A stretch of DNA of 64,000 nt from assembly GCA_963813535.1 (NCBI GenBank), contig CAWEZH010000002.1, forward strand, positions 1,664,001 through 1,728,000, given 5' to 3'. This DNA comes from an uncultured Chloroflexia bacterium (lineage in GTDB: Bacteria > Chloroflexota > Limnocylindria > Limnocylindrales > CSP1-4). Below, piece by piece: positions 42,552 through 51,848 of the stretch (positions are counted from its first letter, which is position 1; each line of letters begins with the position of its first letter). Made by a program: the position numbers and the translations under genes. A model generated the notes under the pieces. That model ran no database searches. It had not been told where the DNA came from and saw nothing but the letters and a program-made list of their open reading frames with translations.

Positions 42552-43922
42552 ATGTCGTTCGTCGTCTCACATCGGTCGCGACCCGTCGGGTCCGGGCTGA
42601 TGGCGCTCTTCACTGCCGTCGCGCTCCTGGTCGCGCTGGCCGGTCCAGCGACCGCAACGTTCACGAAGCCGTACACGGCGACGTGGTTGTCGGGCTCCAC
42701 GCCAGTCGCCAATCCACCCAACCAGATCAACCTGCCGGGCGGCAGTACGACGGCCGTGCTGCGGATCAAGAACTACGCGTTCGTCTCGCTGGGTTCGGCA
42801 AACATCACCCCGCCGAGCGGCTACACGCTTGGTGGTGGCTCGCTCGCGCCCGCGGTCGGGACAGCCACGCTGGCCGGCAATACGCTCCAGCTTCGGAACC
42901 TGTCACTGGCGCCGGGGGCGTCCGTCAACGTCACGATCAACCTCAGCACGTCCTGTCTCAGCAGCCCCGGTAGCCCATGGGCTCTCACCGTGAGGGAGGG
43001 CGGCGGCTTTACGGGCACCACGTTCGTTCGCAAGGACGGCACGGTCGCCCCGAAGACGGTCGCCGCAGGCTCGTCCTGCCGGCTTCGCTTCGGGAACCAG
43101 CCGAACACGACGGAGACCGGAGCGTTGATCCGGGACGGCCACGACAGTACCGGCAACCCGGTCAAGGTCGAGATCTACGATCCGGGAACCGGGCTGACGG
43201 TCTCCTCCACCGCAACCGTCACATTGACCCTGCAGTCCAACCCGGCGGGAGGCACCCTGAGCGGGGGCTCCGTGAACGCCGTGGGAGGCGTGGCGAAGTT
43301 CCCGTCATTGTCGATCGGCACGCCCGGCCCATACATACTCAAAGCGAGCAGCCCGGCTGCGTCGAATACTCCCTTGTCGGATGAGTTCAACGTTGCGAAC
43401 AATGTCGCGACGTGTGCCAGTACGGGCTGCAGCTTCACCGACGCCCAGGGTCAGAACAGCTACAAGACCAAGCCGCAGCAAGGCGCAGCTGGCGCGACGT
43501 GGGCCAGCACGCTCAACCTGCCGGGTCTGAAGGTCTCGTGCGATTTCGCCCCGTTCGATTACCCGGACGCACGCCAGCCGAACGCGGTCTGGTACGTGTA
43601 CGACGACGGGGCGACCGGCTCGGCCAAGGTCAACACGATCGTCATCGACAAGACCGTCGTGCAGGAGACGCCGGAGAACGGCACATCCAAATATCGCGTC
43701 TGCTACTCCTCACCTGATCCGTTCAAGGATCGAACGGGGCAGTGGGCACAACCGGATCCGTGGAGCAACGGACCATCGGCGTACTTCGGCGGGACCTGGT
43801 TCACCGGATTGCTGCCGGACTGCTCTGACGGCGTGGCGCCCTGCGTCCTGAAGTGGACGGCCCAGAGCGGCGACCGGATCGGGACGTTCCTCACGCCGCC
43901 GGGCGACCCGAACTACCGCTAG
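42552..43922 (+). CDS. Secreted Thr/Gly/Ser-rich beta-sandwich protein of unknown function
   Basis: SD GGAGG, hydrophobic signal-like segment, beta-rich composition with several Cys. Confidence 0.75.
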   Translation: MSFVVSHRSRPVGSGLMALFTAVALLVALAGPATATFTKPYTATWLSGSTPVANPPNQINLPGGSTTAVLRIKNYAFVSLGSANITPPSGYTLGGGSLAPAVGTATLAGNTLQLRNLSLAPGASVNVTINLSTSCLSSPGSPWALTVREGGGFTGTTFVRKDGTVAPKTVAAGSSCRLRFGNQPNTTETGALIRDGHDSTGNPVKVEIYDPGTGLTVSSTATVTLTLQSNPAGGTLSGGSVNAVGGVAKFPSLSIGTPGPYILKASSPAASNTPLSDEFNVANNVATCASTGCSFTDAQGQNSYKTKPQQGAAGATWASTLNLPGLKVSCDFAPFDYPDARQPNAVWYVYDDGATGSAKVNTIVIDKTVVQETPENGTSKYRVCYSSPDPFKDRTGQWAQPDPWSNGPSAYFGGTWFTGLLPDCSDGVAPCVLKWTAQSGDRIGTFLTPPGDPNYR

Positions 43923-43961
43923 GCGAGCGTCGCCCGCCAGCCGCGCATCGGTCCTCGACCA

Positions 43962-43992
43962 GCACCGCCCCGAGCTCCGGCCGGGGCGGTGC
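43962..43992. terminator. GC-rich hairpin downstream of the secreted-protein gene
   Basis: GCACCGCCCCG...CGGGGCGGTGC (11-bp stem). Confidence 0.55.
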
Positions 43993-44048
43993 CGTGTGTG
44001 GTCCGGCATCGCGCGGGCCGTTATGCCCCTGGGTCGTAGACTCAGTCC

Positions 44049-47000
44049 GTGATGGTCTGCGAGGCATGCGGAACAGAGAACGTCGAGGATGCGCGCCTCT
44101 GCGTCGATTGCGCCACGCCGCTCGCCCTCGATCACGCAACGGCCGAGACCCGGCGGTTCGCCACCGTCGTCCAGACGGACCTGAAGGGTTCGACCGCGCT
44201 CGGCGAGCGGCTCGACGCAGAATTGCTGCGCGAGGTCCTCACCCGGTACTTCGACGAGATGCGCTTCGTCTACGAGTCGCACGGCGGGACGATCGAGAAG
44301 ATCATCGGTGATGCCATCGTCGCGGTCTTCGGGATCCGAGGCCCGCGCGTGGACGACGCGATCCGCGCGGTCGAGGCTGCGGCCGAGAGCCTGGCCGTCC
44401 TTGCCGACCTCAACGACGAGTTCGAACGGACCTGGGGCGTCCGACTGGTGGTCCGGACCGGCGTCAGCACCGGCGACGTCGTCGTAGGGGAGGCACTGGC
44501 GGGGCAGCACGTCCTGACCGGGGACACGATGCGGATCTCGTCGGCCATGGAGCAGAACGCGCCGCCGCTCGGGATCCTGCTGTCCGGATCGACCTACGCG
44601 CTCGTGCAGGAGCAGGTGGAGGTCGAACCCGTGCCGCCGGTCACGCCGAAGGGCATGACGGTCGAGATCCCGGCACACCGCGTCGTTGCCGTCTATCCGC
44701 GCGAGGCGCCCGGATCCGCTCCCACCGGCGAAGGTGTCACCAGGACCACATCCCGGGAGAGCCGCAAGACCGTCACCCTGGTCTTCGCCGATCCCAAGCC
44801 GACGTCGCTCACCGACCGACCGCCGTCGGCAGAGGCATTGCGCGACGTGATGACGCGCTATTTCGACGCCATGCAGGCGGCGCTGGCTCATCACGGGGGA
44901 ACGATCGAGAAGTTCATCGGCGATGCGGTCATGGCCGTCTACGGGCTGCCGGTCCGCCACGAGGACGACGCCATCCGCGCGATCCGGGCGGCGGCAGACA
45001 TGCAGGCGGCCCTGCCCGGTCTCAACCGCTCGTTCCGCGAGCGGTGGGGACTGGAGTTGCAGAACCACATCGGGGTGAACACCGGTGAGGTGATCGCCGG
45101 CGACGCCTCGACCGGTCAGCGCCTCGTCACCGGCGACGCCGTGAACACGGCCGCGCGGCTCGAGCAGGCGGCAGGGCCCGGCGAGATCATCCTCGGCGAG
45201 CTGACCTATCGCCTGGCGCGCGAGGATATCGACGTCGAGGAGGTCCCGCCGCTCTCCCTGAAGGGCAAGGCGGAACCGGTCAGGGCGTATCGATTCGTCG
45301 GCCTCCGGGAACGACCCATCGCGGCCGAGTCGGAGTCGGCGCCGTTCGTCGGGCGCGACGCAGAGATGGCACTCCTCACGTCGACACTCACTGAGCTCTC
45401 GGAGCGTCCAGGCGCCGCTCTGCTGACGGTCGTCGGCGACGCCGGGGTCGGCAAGTCACGCTTGATCAGGGAGTTCGCCCTTGCCGCCTCTCCTCGGGCG
45501 CACGTGGTCCGCGGGCGATGCCTGCCATATGGCGACGGCATCACGTTCTGGCCGATCGCGGAGATCGTGCGCGGTGTGGCCGAGATCGCCTCGGACGACA
45601 CCCTCGAGGCGGCGATCGCCAAGGTCGACCTCCTGGTCGAGGATCTCGGCCTGGCGGAGGCCGATCGGGCCGCCGTCGTCGACCGAGTCGCGTCGATGTT
45701 GGGCCTCACGAGTGGCCAGTTCCCGGTGGCGGAGTTGTTCTGGGGCATCCGGAAGCTCCTGGAGGCCCTGGCCCGCGAAGAACCGCTCGTGATGGTGATC
45801 GACGACATCCACGCCGCCGAGACCACGCTGCTGGACCTGCTGGATCACCTCGCCGAGACGGTCGAGACGGCGCCCATCCTGATGGTCTGTTCGGCGCGCC
45901 ATGAGCTGGTCGATCGACACGCCGAGTGGTCGGAGTCCCACCGCGATCGGCTGATCATCCTCGAACCGCTGTCCGACGACGATTCCGGGCGCATGATCGA
46001 CCAGTTGCTGGGCAACAGCGGACTCGACCGGGGGATGGTCGCACGGGTCGTTGCCGCGGCGGAGGGGAACCCGCTCTTCGTCGAGCAGATGGTATCCATG
46101 CTGGTCGACAATGGCACGCTTCGACGTGACGGGGATCGGTGGGTCGCATCAGGTCTGTCGGCGGACCTCGTCGTGCCGCCGACGATCCACGCCCTTCTGG
46201 CGGCCCGCCTCGACGACCTGGCCGAGGACGAGCGGGAGGTCGTCGAGCCCGCCTCCGTGGTGGGCCTGGTCTTCGCCGAGGATGCCGTGGAGCACCTCAT
46301 CGAGGAGCCGCGGCGACCGGCCGTGCCGATCCACCTGCGATTGCTCATGCGCAAGCAATTCATCCGCCCGGATCGGCTCGATGAGGAGGATGCATATCGA
46401 TTCGGTCATCAGCTGATCCGCGACACGGCGTACGGGAGCCTCCTGAAGCGCGAGCGGGTCGTGCTGCACCGGCGGTTCGTCGATTGGGCCGATGAGGTCA
46501 ACCGGGAACGAGGTCGCGAGACCGAGTACGAGGAGATCCTGGGTTACCACCTCGAGCAGGCCTACCGGTACCGCACCGAGCTCGGACCCCTCGATGATGA
46601 CGCCGTGGAGTTGGGCGCGCGGGCGTCGACGCGACTCGCGTCGGCCGGTCGACGCGCCCTCGGGCGCGGCGACTTCCCGGCGGCAGCGAACCTGCTCGAA
46701 CGCGCCGCGGGGGTCCTCGACGACGCGGACACGGGACGTCCCAGACTGCTCGTCGGAGCGGGCGAGGCCTACATGGAGATCGGTGAGTTCGCCCGGGCTG
46801 ACGACCTCCTCGTCAAGGCCGGGACCGCCGCCGCGGTGGTCGGCGAGCGATCGGTGGTCACGACGTCCGAGCTGATGCGGCTGCAGCTCCGCCTGCGCTC
46901 CGAGGCGGCCACGTCGATCGAAGATGTGATGCGACAGACCCTCGCCGCCATCGGTGGTCTCGAGGAGATCGATGATGCCGGCGCTCTGGCCCGGGCGTGG

Positions 47001-47891
47001 AGGCTCCTCGAGCTCGCACACGGCATCAGCGGGCAGTACCGGGCGGCCGGCGAGGCGAACGCCAAGGCCACGGAGTACGCCCGACTGGCAGGCGACCACG
47101 TGCTCGAGATGCGCCTGTACGCCTCGGCTGCGCTGGTTGCGCCGAACGGGCCGATGCCCGTTGCCGAGGGCATCGCACGGTGCGAGGAGCTGCTGGGGAT
47201 CGCCGAGCGCGATCGCCGCGCGCAGGGCATGACGCTCGGCGCGCTGGCACACCTCCGGGCCATGCACGGGGACTTCGATCGAGCGCGCGATGACTACCGT
47301 CGCGGGCGAGCCATCCTGGAGGATCTCGGTCTCCGATTTGACGCCTCCACGATGTCGCTCGACTCCGGGCGAGTGGAACTGTTGGCCGGGGACCCCCGGG
47401 CAGCTGAGGCCGAGCTCCGCAAGGACTACGAGTCCCTGGATGCCATCGGCGAGCGGAACTACATCTCCACGATCGCCGGCTTGCTGGCAGAGGCTCTGTA
47501 TCAGCAGGGCCTGTTCGACGAGGCCGGCCATTTCGCCGCGTTCTGTGAGGAGGTCGCGGCTCCCTCCGATGGGATCTCGCAGTCGCTGTGGCGAGGCGTC
47601 CGAGGGAAGCTCCTCGCGCGCGACGGTGCCTATGACGAAGGCATCGAGCTCGCTGCATCGGGCGTGCGAGAGATGCAGTCGTCCGACGACATCGAGGGGC
47701 AAGCGAACGCGCTCGTGTTCCTGGCCGAGGCGCAGGGCGCGGCCGGCCGATTCGAGCTCGCAGCCGAGTCGGCATCCCGCGCGCGTCGTCTCTTCGAGGC
47801 GAAGGGCAACGTCATCTCGGCGGGGCGCGTCGACGAGCTGGTCTCGTTCCTGGGCCCGACTCCCTCGGAGTCGGTCACGACGTCGGCTTAG
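44049..47891 (+). CDS. Class III adenylate/guanylate cyclase: Zn-ribbon, two cyclase domains, STAND ATPase, TPR-like region
   Basis: CEAC...CVDC, TDLKGST/EKIIGD, FAD/EKFIGD/GDAVNTAARL, Walker A GDAGVGKS, Walker B MVIDD, GNPLF, helical C-terminus. Confidence 0.92.
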   Translation: MMVCEACGTENVEDARLCVDCATPLALDHATAETRRFATVVQTDLKGSTALGERLDAELLREVLTRYFDEMRFVYESHGGTIEKIIGDAIVAVFGIRGPRVDDAIRAVEAAAESLAVLADLNDEFERTWGVRLVVRTGVSTGDVVVGEALAGQHVLTGDTMRISSAMEQNAPPLGILLSGSTYALVQEQVEVEPVPPVTPKGMTVEIPAHRVVAVYPREAPGSAPTGEGVTRTTSRESRKTVTLVFADPKPTSLTDRPPSAEALRDVMTRYFDAMQAALAHHGGTIEKFIGDAVMAVYGLPVRHEDDAIRAIRAAADMQAALPGLNRSFRERWGLELQNHIGVNTGEVIAGDASTGQRLVTGDAVNTAARLEQAAGPGEIILGELTYRLAREDIDVEEVPPLSLKGKAEPVRAYRFVGLRERPIAAESESAPFVGRDAEMALLTSTLTELSERPGAALLTVVGDAGVGKSRLIREFALAASPRAHVVRGRCLPYGDGITFWPIAEIVRGVAEIASDDTLEAAIAKVDLLVEDLGLAEADRAAVVDRVASMLGLTSGQFPVAELFWGIRKLLEALAREEPLVMVIDDIHAAETTLLDLLDHLAETVETAPILMVCSARHELVDRHAEWSESHRDRLIILEPLSDDDSGRMIDQLLGNSGLDRGMVARVVAAAEGNPLFVEQMVSMLVDNGTLRRDGDRWVASGLSADLVVPPTIHALLAARLDDLAEDEREVVEPASVVGLVFAEDAVEHLIEEPRRPAVPIHLRLLMRKQFIRPDRLDEEDAYRFGHQLIRDTAYGSLLKRERVVLHRRFVDWADEVNRERGRETEYEEILGYHLEQAYRYRTELGPLDDDAVELGARASTRLASAGRRALGRGDFPAAANLLERAAGVLDDADTGRPRLLVGAGEAYMEIGEFARADDLLVKAGTAAAVVGERSVVTTSELMRLQLRLRSEAATSIEDVMRQTLAAIGGLEEIDDAGALARAWRLLELAHGISGQYRAAGEANAKATEYARLAGDHVLEMRLYASAALVAPNGPMPVAEGIARCEELLGIAERDRRAQGMTLGALAHLRAMHGDFDRARDDYRRGRAILEDLGLRFDASTMSLDSGRVELLAGDPRAAEAELRKDYESLDAIGERNYISTIAGLLAEALYQQGLFDEAGHFAAFCEEVAAPSDGISQSLWRGVRGKLLARDGAYDEGIELAASGVREMQSSDDIEGQANALVFLAEAQGAAGRFELAAESASRARRLFEAKGNVISAGRVDELVSFLGPTPSESVTTSA

Positions 47892-48493
47892 CTGCGCGGC
47901 ACAGGGCGCATGGGGTAGACCCCGACCACGATCGGCGCGAGTGGGTCAAACGACAGCTCGTAGCCGATCTCGCCGCCTCGTAACAGCTCGCCGAGGAGCG
48001 ATCCCTCGCGCGCCGGCAATCCGACGTAGACGCGGCTGCCGTCGAGATCGACCTGCGTCACGTCGTCATCGGTCCCGTCGATCGCGAACCGCCGTCGCAG
48101 CTCGTGCATCGGGACGTAGGGCCGGCTCTTGATGAACCGCCGGAGTTGCGGGGCGGTGCAGCCGTTCGGGCGCTCATTGCCACCGTTCTGGGCGTGACCG
48201 TTGCCCGGGTGGCCGTTGCCGTTGTGGTGTGGAGTCGTCGTCGGTGGTGCCGCGGCGGCAGCGGCCCCGTTCACCGGGGGCGCGGGCGGGGGCGGGGGCT
48301 CGACCAGCACCGGCGGCCGTGCCGGCAGCTCGGACGTCGAGGACGGCCTCTGCTCCGGGGGCTGTGCCGCGCTCGCTTCGACGGGGGCGGTCTCGGGTGC
48401 CGGAGCGACCGGTCGTGACGCTCCGGCGTCGGGACGTGGCCCCTCGTTGCGGTGTCGGCCGTGGTGCGGCCGGCCGTGGTGACGGCGGCTCAT
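47888..48493 (-). CDS. Hypothetical protein (Pro-rich N-terminus, compact C-terminal domain)
   Basis: Gene-like codon usage, globular C-terminus QLRRFIKSRPYVPMHELRRRF...IGYELS. Confidence 0.7.
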   Translation of the reverse strand: MSRRHHGRPHHGRHRNEGPRPDAGASRPVAPAPETAPVEASAAQPPEQRPSSTSELPARPPVLVEPPPPPAPPVNGAAAAAAPPTTTPHHNGNGHPGNGHAQNGGNERPNGCTAPQLRRFIKSRPYVPMHELRRRFAIDGTDDDVTQVDLDGSRVYVGLPAREGSLLGELLRGGEIGYELSFDPLAPIVVGVYPMRPVPRS

Positions 48494-48677
48494 CGGACCG
48501 ACCGATGCGAGCCGGCATCCCGGCGTTGGTGCTCGGCGACCGTCGGTCGCCGCTCGGTGGTGGGCATCAGATCTCAGATCGAAGGTTGGGGTCGCTCGGA
48601 TACGACCTCGGCCGATGATACCGCAGGGCGGCCGACCGACCTACGAGCCGGGCCGCGAGGCGAACGGCCCCGCGAGG

Positions 48678-49823
48678 TCAGCCGGTGACGACGGCCAGTT
48701 CGCGCGGGGCCTCGTTGAGCACGATCGGCCCGGCATCGCCACAGACCACGATGTCCTCGATGCGGGCGCCGTACTCGCCCGGGTAGTAGATGCCGGGCTC
48801 GACGCTGAAGGCCATACCGGCACGGAGCGCGAGGTCGTTCCCGGTGACGAGATAGGGATCCTCGTGCCCGTCCAGCCCGATGCCGTGCCCCGTGCGATGG
48901 AAGAAGGCGTCGCCGTGACCCTCGCCCTCGATGACGCTGCGCGCCGCCGCGTCGATCGCGGCGCACGCGACCCCGGGCTTGACGGCCGTCGTCGCATGCG
49001 CCTGGGCCGTGTGGAGGGCGTTGAACAGGTGGCGGAACCGCTCGTCCGGGTCATTCGCCGGGTCGCCGCCGGTGACCCACAGCGTGCGGGTGATGTCCGA
49101 GCCATACCCGCCCAGCGTCCCGCCGATATCGAGCACGATCGGCTCGCCAGCCTGGATGACCCGCTCTGACGCCTCGTGATGGGGCGACGCCGAGTTCGGC
49201 CCGGAGGCGACGATGGCGAACGTCGCGGCCTCGTGCCCCTCGTCGACCAGGCGGTCCCGGACCTCGCGCGCGACATCCGCTTCGGTTCGGCCGATGAGCG
49301 GCCCGGCGGCGATGGCCGCCACGACCCGATCCGCAGCGTGAGCCGCTGCCCGCAGCAGCTCGATCTCATCGGGGTCCTTGATCATCCGCAGGTCACGCAG
49401 GACGCTCGACGCCGGGACATACGCGATATCGCGATCGAGCGCGTCCTGGATCCGGAGCAGATGCATCGCCAGCATCGTGTTGGAGACCGCGACACGCCCA
49501 CTGTCCCGGATCCCGGCCACCGCCAGGGCGTACGGGTCGTCCGTCTCGTCCCAGGTCCGGATCGCGATCGGCGTCTTCAGGCCAGCCTCGGTGGCAGCGC
49601 GCTCGAGCCGCGGGACGACGATCGTCGGGGCGGAGCCCGGCCGCAGCACCAGGAGCGTCAGCCGCTCGAGTGGCATCGCTTCATACCCGGTGAGATACCG
49701 CAGGTCCGAGCCGACGCCGACAAGCGTCGCCACGAGACCGGCAACCTCGGTCGCCTTGCCCGCCCGATCCAAGCGATCAGCGAACCGACCGGCCGGGATC
49801 GTCGGCCGTTCGACGATCGTCAC
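48678..49823 (-). CDS. M24 Xaa-Pro aminopeptidase/dipeptidase
   Basis: LRYLTG, RMIKD, PHH, LDIGG, SDITRT, HRTGHGIG, EPGIY, RIED. Confidence 0.93.
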   Translation of the reverse strand: MTIVERPTIPAGRFADRLDRAGKATEVAGLVATLVGVGSDLRYLTGYEAMPLERLTLLVLRPGSAPTIVVPRLERAATEAGLKTPIAIRTWDETDDPYALAVAGIRDSGRVAVSNTMLAMHLLRIQDALDRDIAYVPASSVLRDLRMIKDPDEIELLRAAAHAADRVVAAIAAGPLIGRTEADVAREVRDRLVDEGHEAATFAIVASGPNSASPHHEASERVIQAGEPIVLDIGGTLGGYGSDITRTLWVTGGDPANDPDERFRHLFNALHTAQAHATTAVKPGVACAAIDAAARSVIEGEGHGDAFFHRTGHGIGLDGHEDPYLVTGNDLALRAGMAFSVEPGIYYPGEYGARIEDIVVCGDAGPIVLNEAPRELAVVTG

Positions 49824-50194
49824 CGCGGCGTTTCGATCGCCGGGGTCCGCGCCATCCAGGCCGAGATCGTCGCGGGTCCGTCCTCGAACAGCTTGCGGTA
49901 CGCGTACACCCGCTCGGCACCACGCGCGAGCGCGCGTTTCCGCTGCGCGACGTCATCGTGTTGGCCGACCGCGACCACCCGCGCGCCGCTGGAACGGGCG
50001 CGCTCGATGGCGACGAGAGGGTCGTACGCGCTGGCGGTCATGTCGATGATGGCCAGATCAGCGCAGACCAGGGCTCGGTCGAATTCGGGTGCGGTCTTGG
50101 CCCGGGCGGGCTCAGCGCCGGCGGCCTCGACCGCGCGCGACAGGCGGTCGGACCAGATCAGGTCCTGGGCGAGGATCGCGACGCGTGGTGCCAT
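49820..50194 (-). CDS. Atypical single-domain receiver-like protein
   Basis: REC-like pattern (VAIL, DLAIIDM, VVAVG, ALARGA). Acidic pocket incomplete. Confidence 0.65.
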   Translation of the reverse strand: MAPRVAILAQDLIWSDRLSRAVEAAGAEPARAKTAPEFDRALVCADLAIIDMTASAYDPLVAIERARSSGARVVAVGQHDDVAQRKRALARGAERVYAYRKLFEDGPATISAWMARTPAIETPR

Positions 50195-50211
50195 GACGCC
50201 GTCCGTCTCCG

Positions 50212-50766
50212 TCAGTCGATCGTCTGGGCGAGGTGGTGGAAGATGTCGCGCGCGGTGACCACGCCAGTGGGACGGCCGTCCTCGACGATCGGGATGTGGC
50301 GGAACCCGCCCACGGCCATCTTGTGGATCGCGACCGCGATCGGATCGTCATGGCGGAGGACGACCGGGTCGGGGGTCATGAAGTCGCGCACATGGAACGA
50401 GCCGAGGCGCTTGCCCGCCGCCTTCACGACCGCGTCACGGTCGGTGAAGATGCCGACCAGTCGATCGTCGGTCATGACGAGGACACAGTCGACCTCCGCC
50501 TCGTGCATCCGCGCGATGGCAAGATCGATCGGTGTGTCGGGGCCGACCGTGATCGGCGCCGGCGCCCCAAGCTCGTCGAGATGCTCACCGAGGAGCTGGC
50601 CCTTGAAGGCCGGGGCCTGCATCGGGGTGTCATGCCCGAAGATGTCGGCGCCGCAGTTGTCGCAGATGTCGGCGCCGACGAGGTTGACGAAGCCGCACAC
50701 CGGACAGCGCATGCCGTCGTCGCCGCCCTCCTGACCCGCGACGATCCCGTCGTCGCCGGCGGTCAC
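50212..50766 (-). CDS. CBS-pair protein with N-terminal Zn-ribbon
   Basis: CPVC...CDNC, LVGIFTDRD, MTPDP, FRHIPIV, GVVTARDI. Alternative start at 50712. Confidence 0.88.
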   Translation of the reverse strand: MTAGDDGIVAGQEGGDDGMRCPVCGFVNLVGADICDNCGADIFGHDTPMQAPAFKGQLLGEHLDELGAPAPITVGPDTPIDLAIARMHEAEVDCVLVMTDDRLVGIFTDRDAVVKAAGKRLGSFHVRDFMTPDPVVLRHDDPIAVAIHKMAVGGFRHIPIVEDGRPTGVVTARDIFHHLAQTID

Positions 50767-51848
50767 TCCACCGTCCACGTCTCTCCGCCGTTGAGCACGC
50801 GCTCGAGGTCGCCTTCGCCGGAACGGGCGACCGCCGCGGTCAGCTGGTCCTCGATCAGTCGATCGTGCGTCGGGCGGGGCGCCGCGCGCAGGACGCCGAC
50901 CGGCACCGGGAAGTCGGGCCAGAACATGCGCGACAGGACGAGCGCGAGATACGGGTCGTCCGCGGTCTCGTCATGCACGAGGAGATCCGCCTCGGTCACG
51001 CCGCCCTGGCCGATCGTCACGACCTCCGGGTGCAGCCCATTGAGGCGGATGCCCTTGTCGCGGTCCTTGCCGAAGATCATCGGCTTGCCATGCTCGAGCG
51101 TGAGCATGCGGTCCTCGCGGACCTCGCGGTCCGTGAAGTCGCGCCACGCGCCGTCGTTGAAGATGTTGCAGTTCTGGAGGACCTCGACGAACGAGCTGCC
51201 CTTGTGGCGGCCGGCCCGCTCGAGGGTCTGCTGGAGGTGTTCGGTGTGCGTGTCGACCGAGCGAGCCACGAACGACGCCTCGGAGGCGAGGGCGAGCGTC
51301 AGCGGCATGATCGGCGTGTCGATCGTCCCGACCGGCGTCGACTTCGTCCGCTTCCCGAACTCGGAGGTCGGCGACGCCTGACCCTTGGTCAGCCCGTAGA
51401 TGCGGTTGTTGAACATCACGAGGTTGATGTCGACGTTGCGCCGCATCGAATGGATGACGTGGTTGCCACCGATCGACAGTGCGTCGCCGTCACCGGTGAT
51501 GACCCACACCATCAGGTCGGGACGGGCGGCCTTGAGCCCGGTCGCCAGCGTCGGGGCTCGGCCGTGGATGGTGTGGAAGCCGAACGTGTTCATGTAGTAC
51601 GGCAGGCGGCCCGAGCAGCCGATGCCCGAGATGAAGACGATGTCCTCCTTCTTGTACCCGAAGTCCGGCATCACCTTCTGGGTCTGGGCGAGGATCGAGT
51701 AGTCGCCGCAGCCGGGGCACCAGCGGACCTCCTGGTCGGACACGAAGTCCTTCCGCGTGAGCGCGATGACCTGGGCGTTCTCGGGGCTCAGGGCGGGCTC
51801 GTCGCCGTTCGACTGCGGTGCTGTCGTGCCGTTGGTTTCGGTGGTCAT
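50763..51848 (-). CDS. korB: 2-oxoacid:ferredoxin oxidoreductase beta subunit
   Basis: [32 protein letters not shown]. Confidence 0.93.
   Translation of the reverse strand: MTTETNGTTAPQSNGDEPALSPENAQVIALTRKDFVSDQEVRWCPGCGDYSILAQTQKVMPDFGYKKEDIVFISGIGCSGRLPYYMNTFGFHTIHGRAPTLATGLKAARPDLMVWVITGDGDALSIGGNHVIHSMRRNVDINLVMFNNRIYGLTKGQASPTSEFGKRTKSTPVGTIDTPIMPLTLALASEASFVARSVDTHTEHLQQTLERAGRHKGSSFVEVLQNCNIFNDGAWRDFTDREVREDRMLTLEHGKPMIFGKDRDKGIRLNGLHPEVVTIGQGGVTEADLLVHDETADDPYLALVLSRMFWPDFPVPVGVLRAAPRPTHDRLIEDQLTAAVARSGEGDLERVLNGGETWTVE

Noticed and set aside
44049-47891. Avs/Pycsar/CBASS defence system
   Set aside because: There is no nuclease, TIR or membrane effector typical of these systems. 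The architecture fits signalling cyclase-STAND proteins, although a conflict role cannot be excluded.
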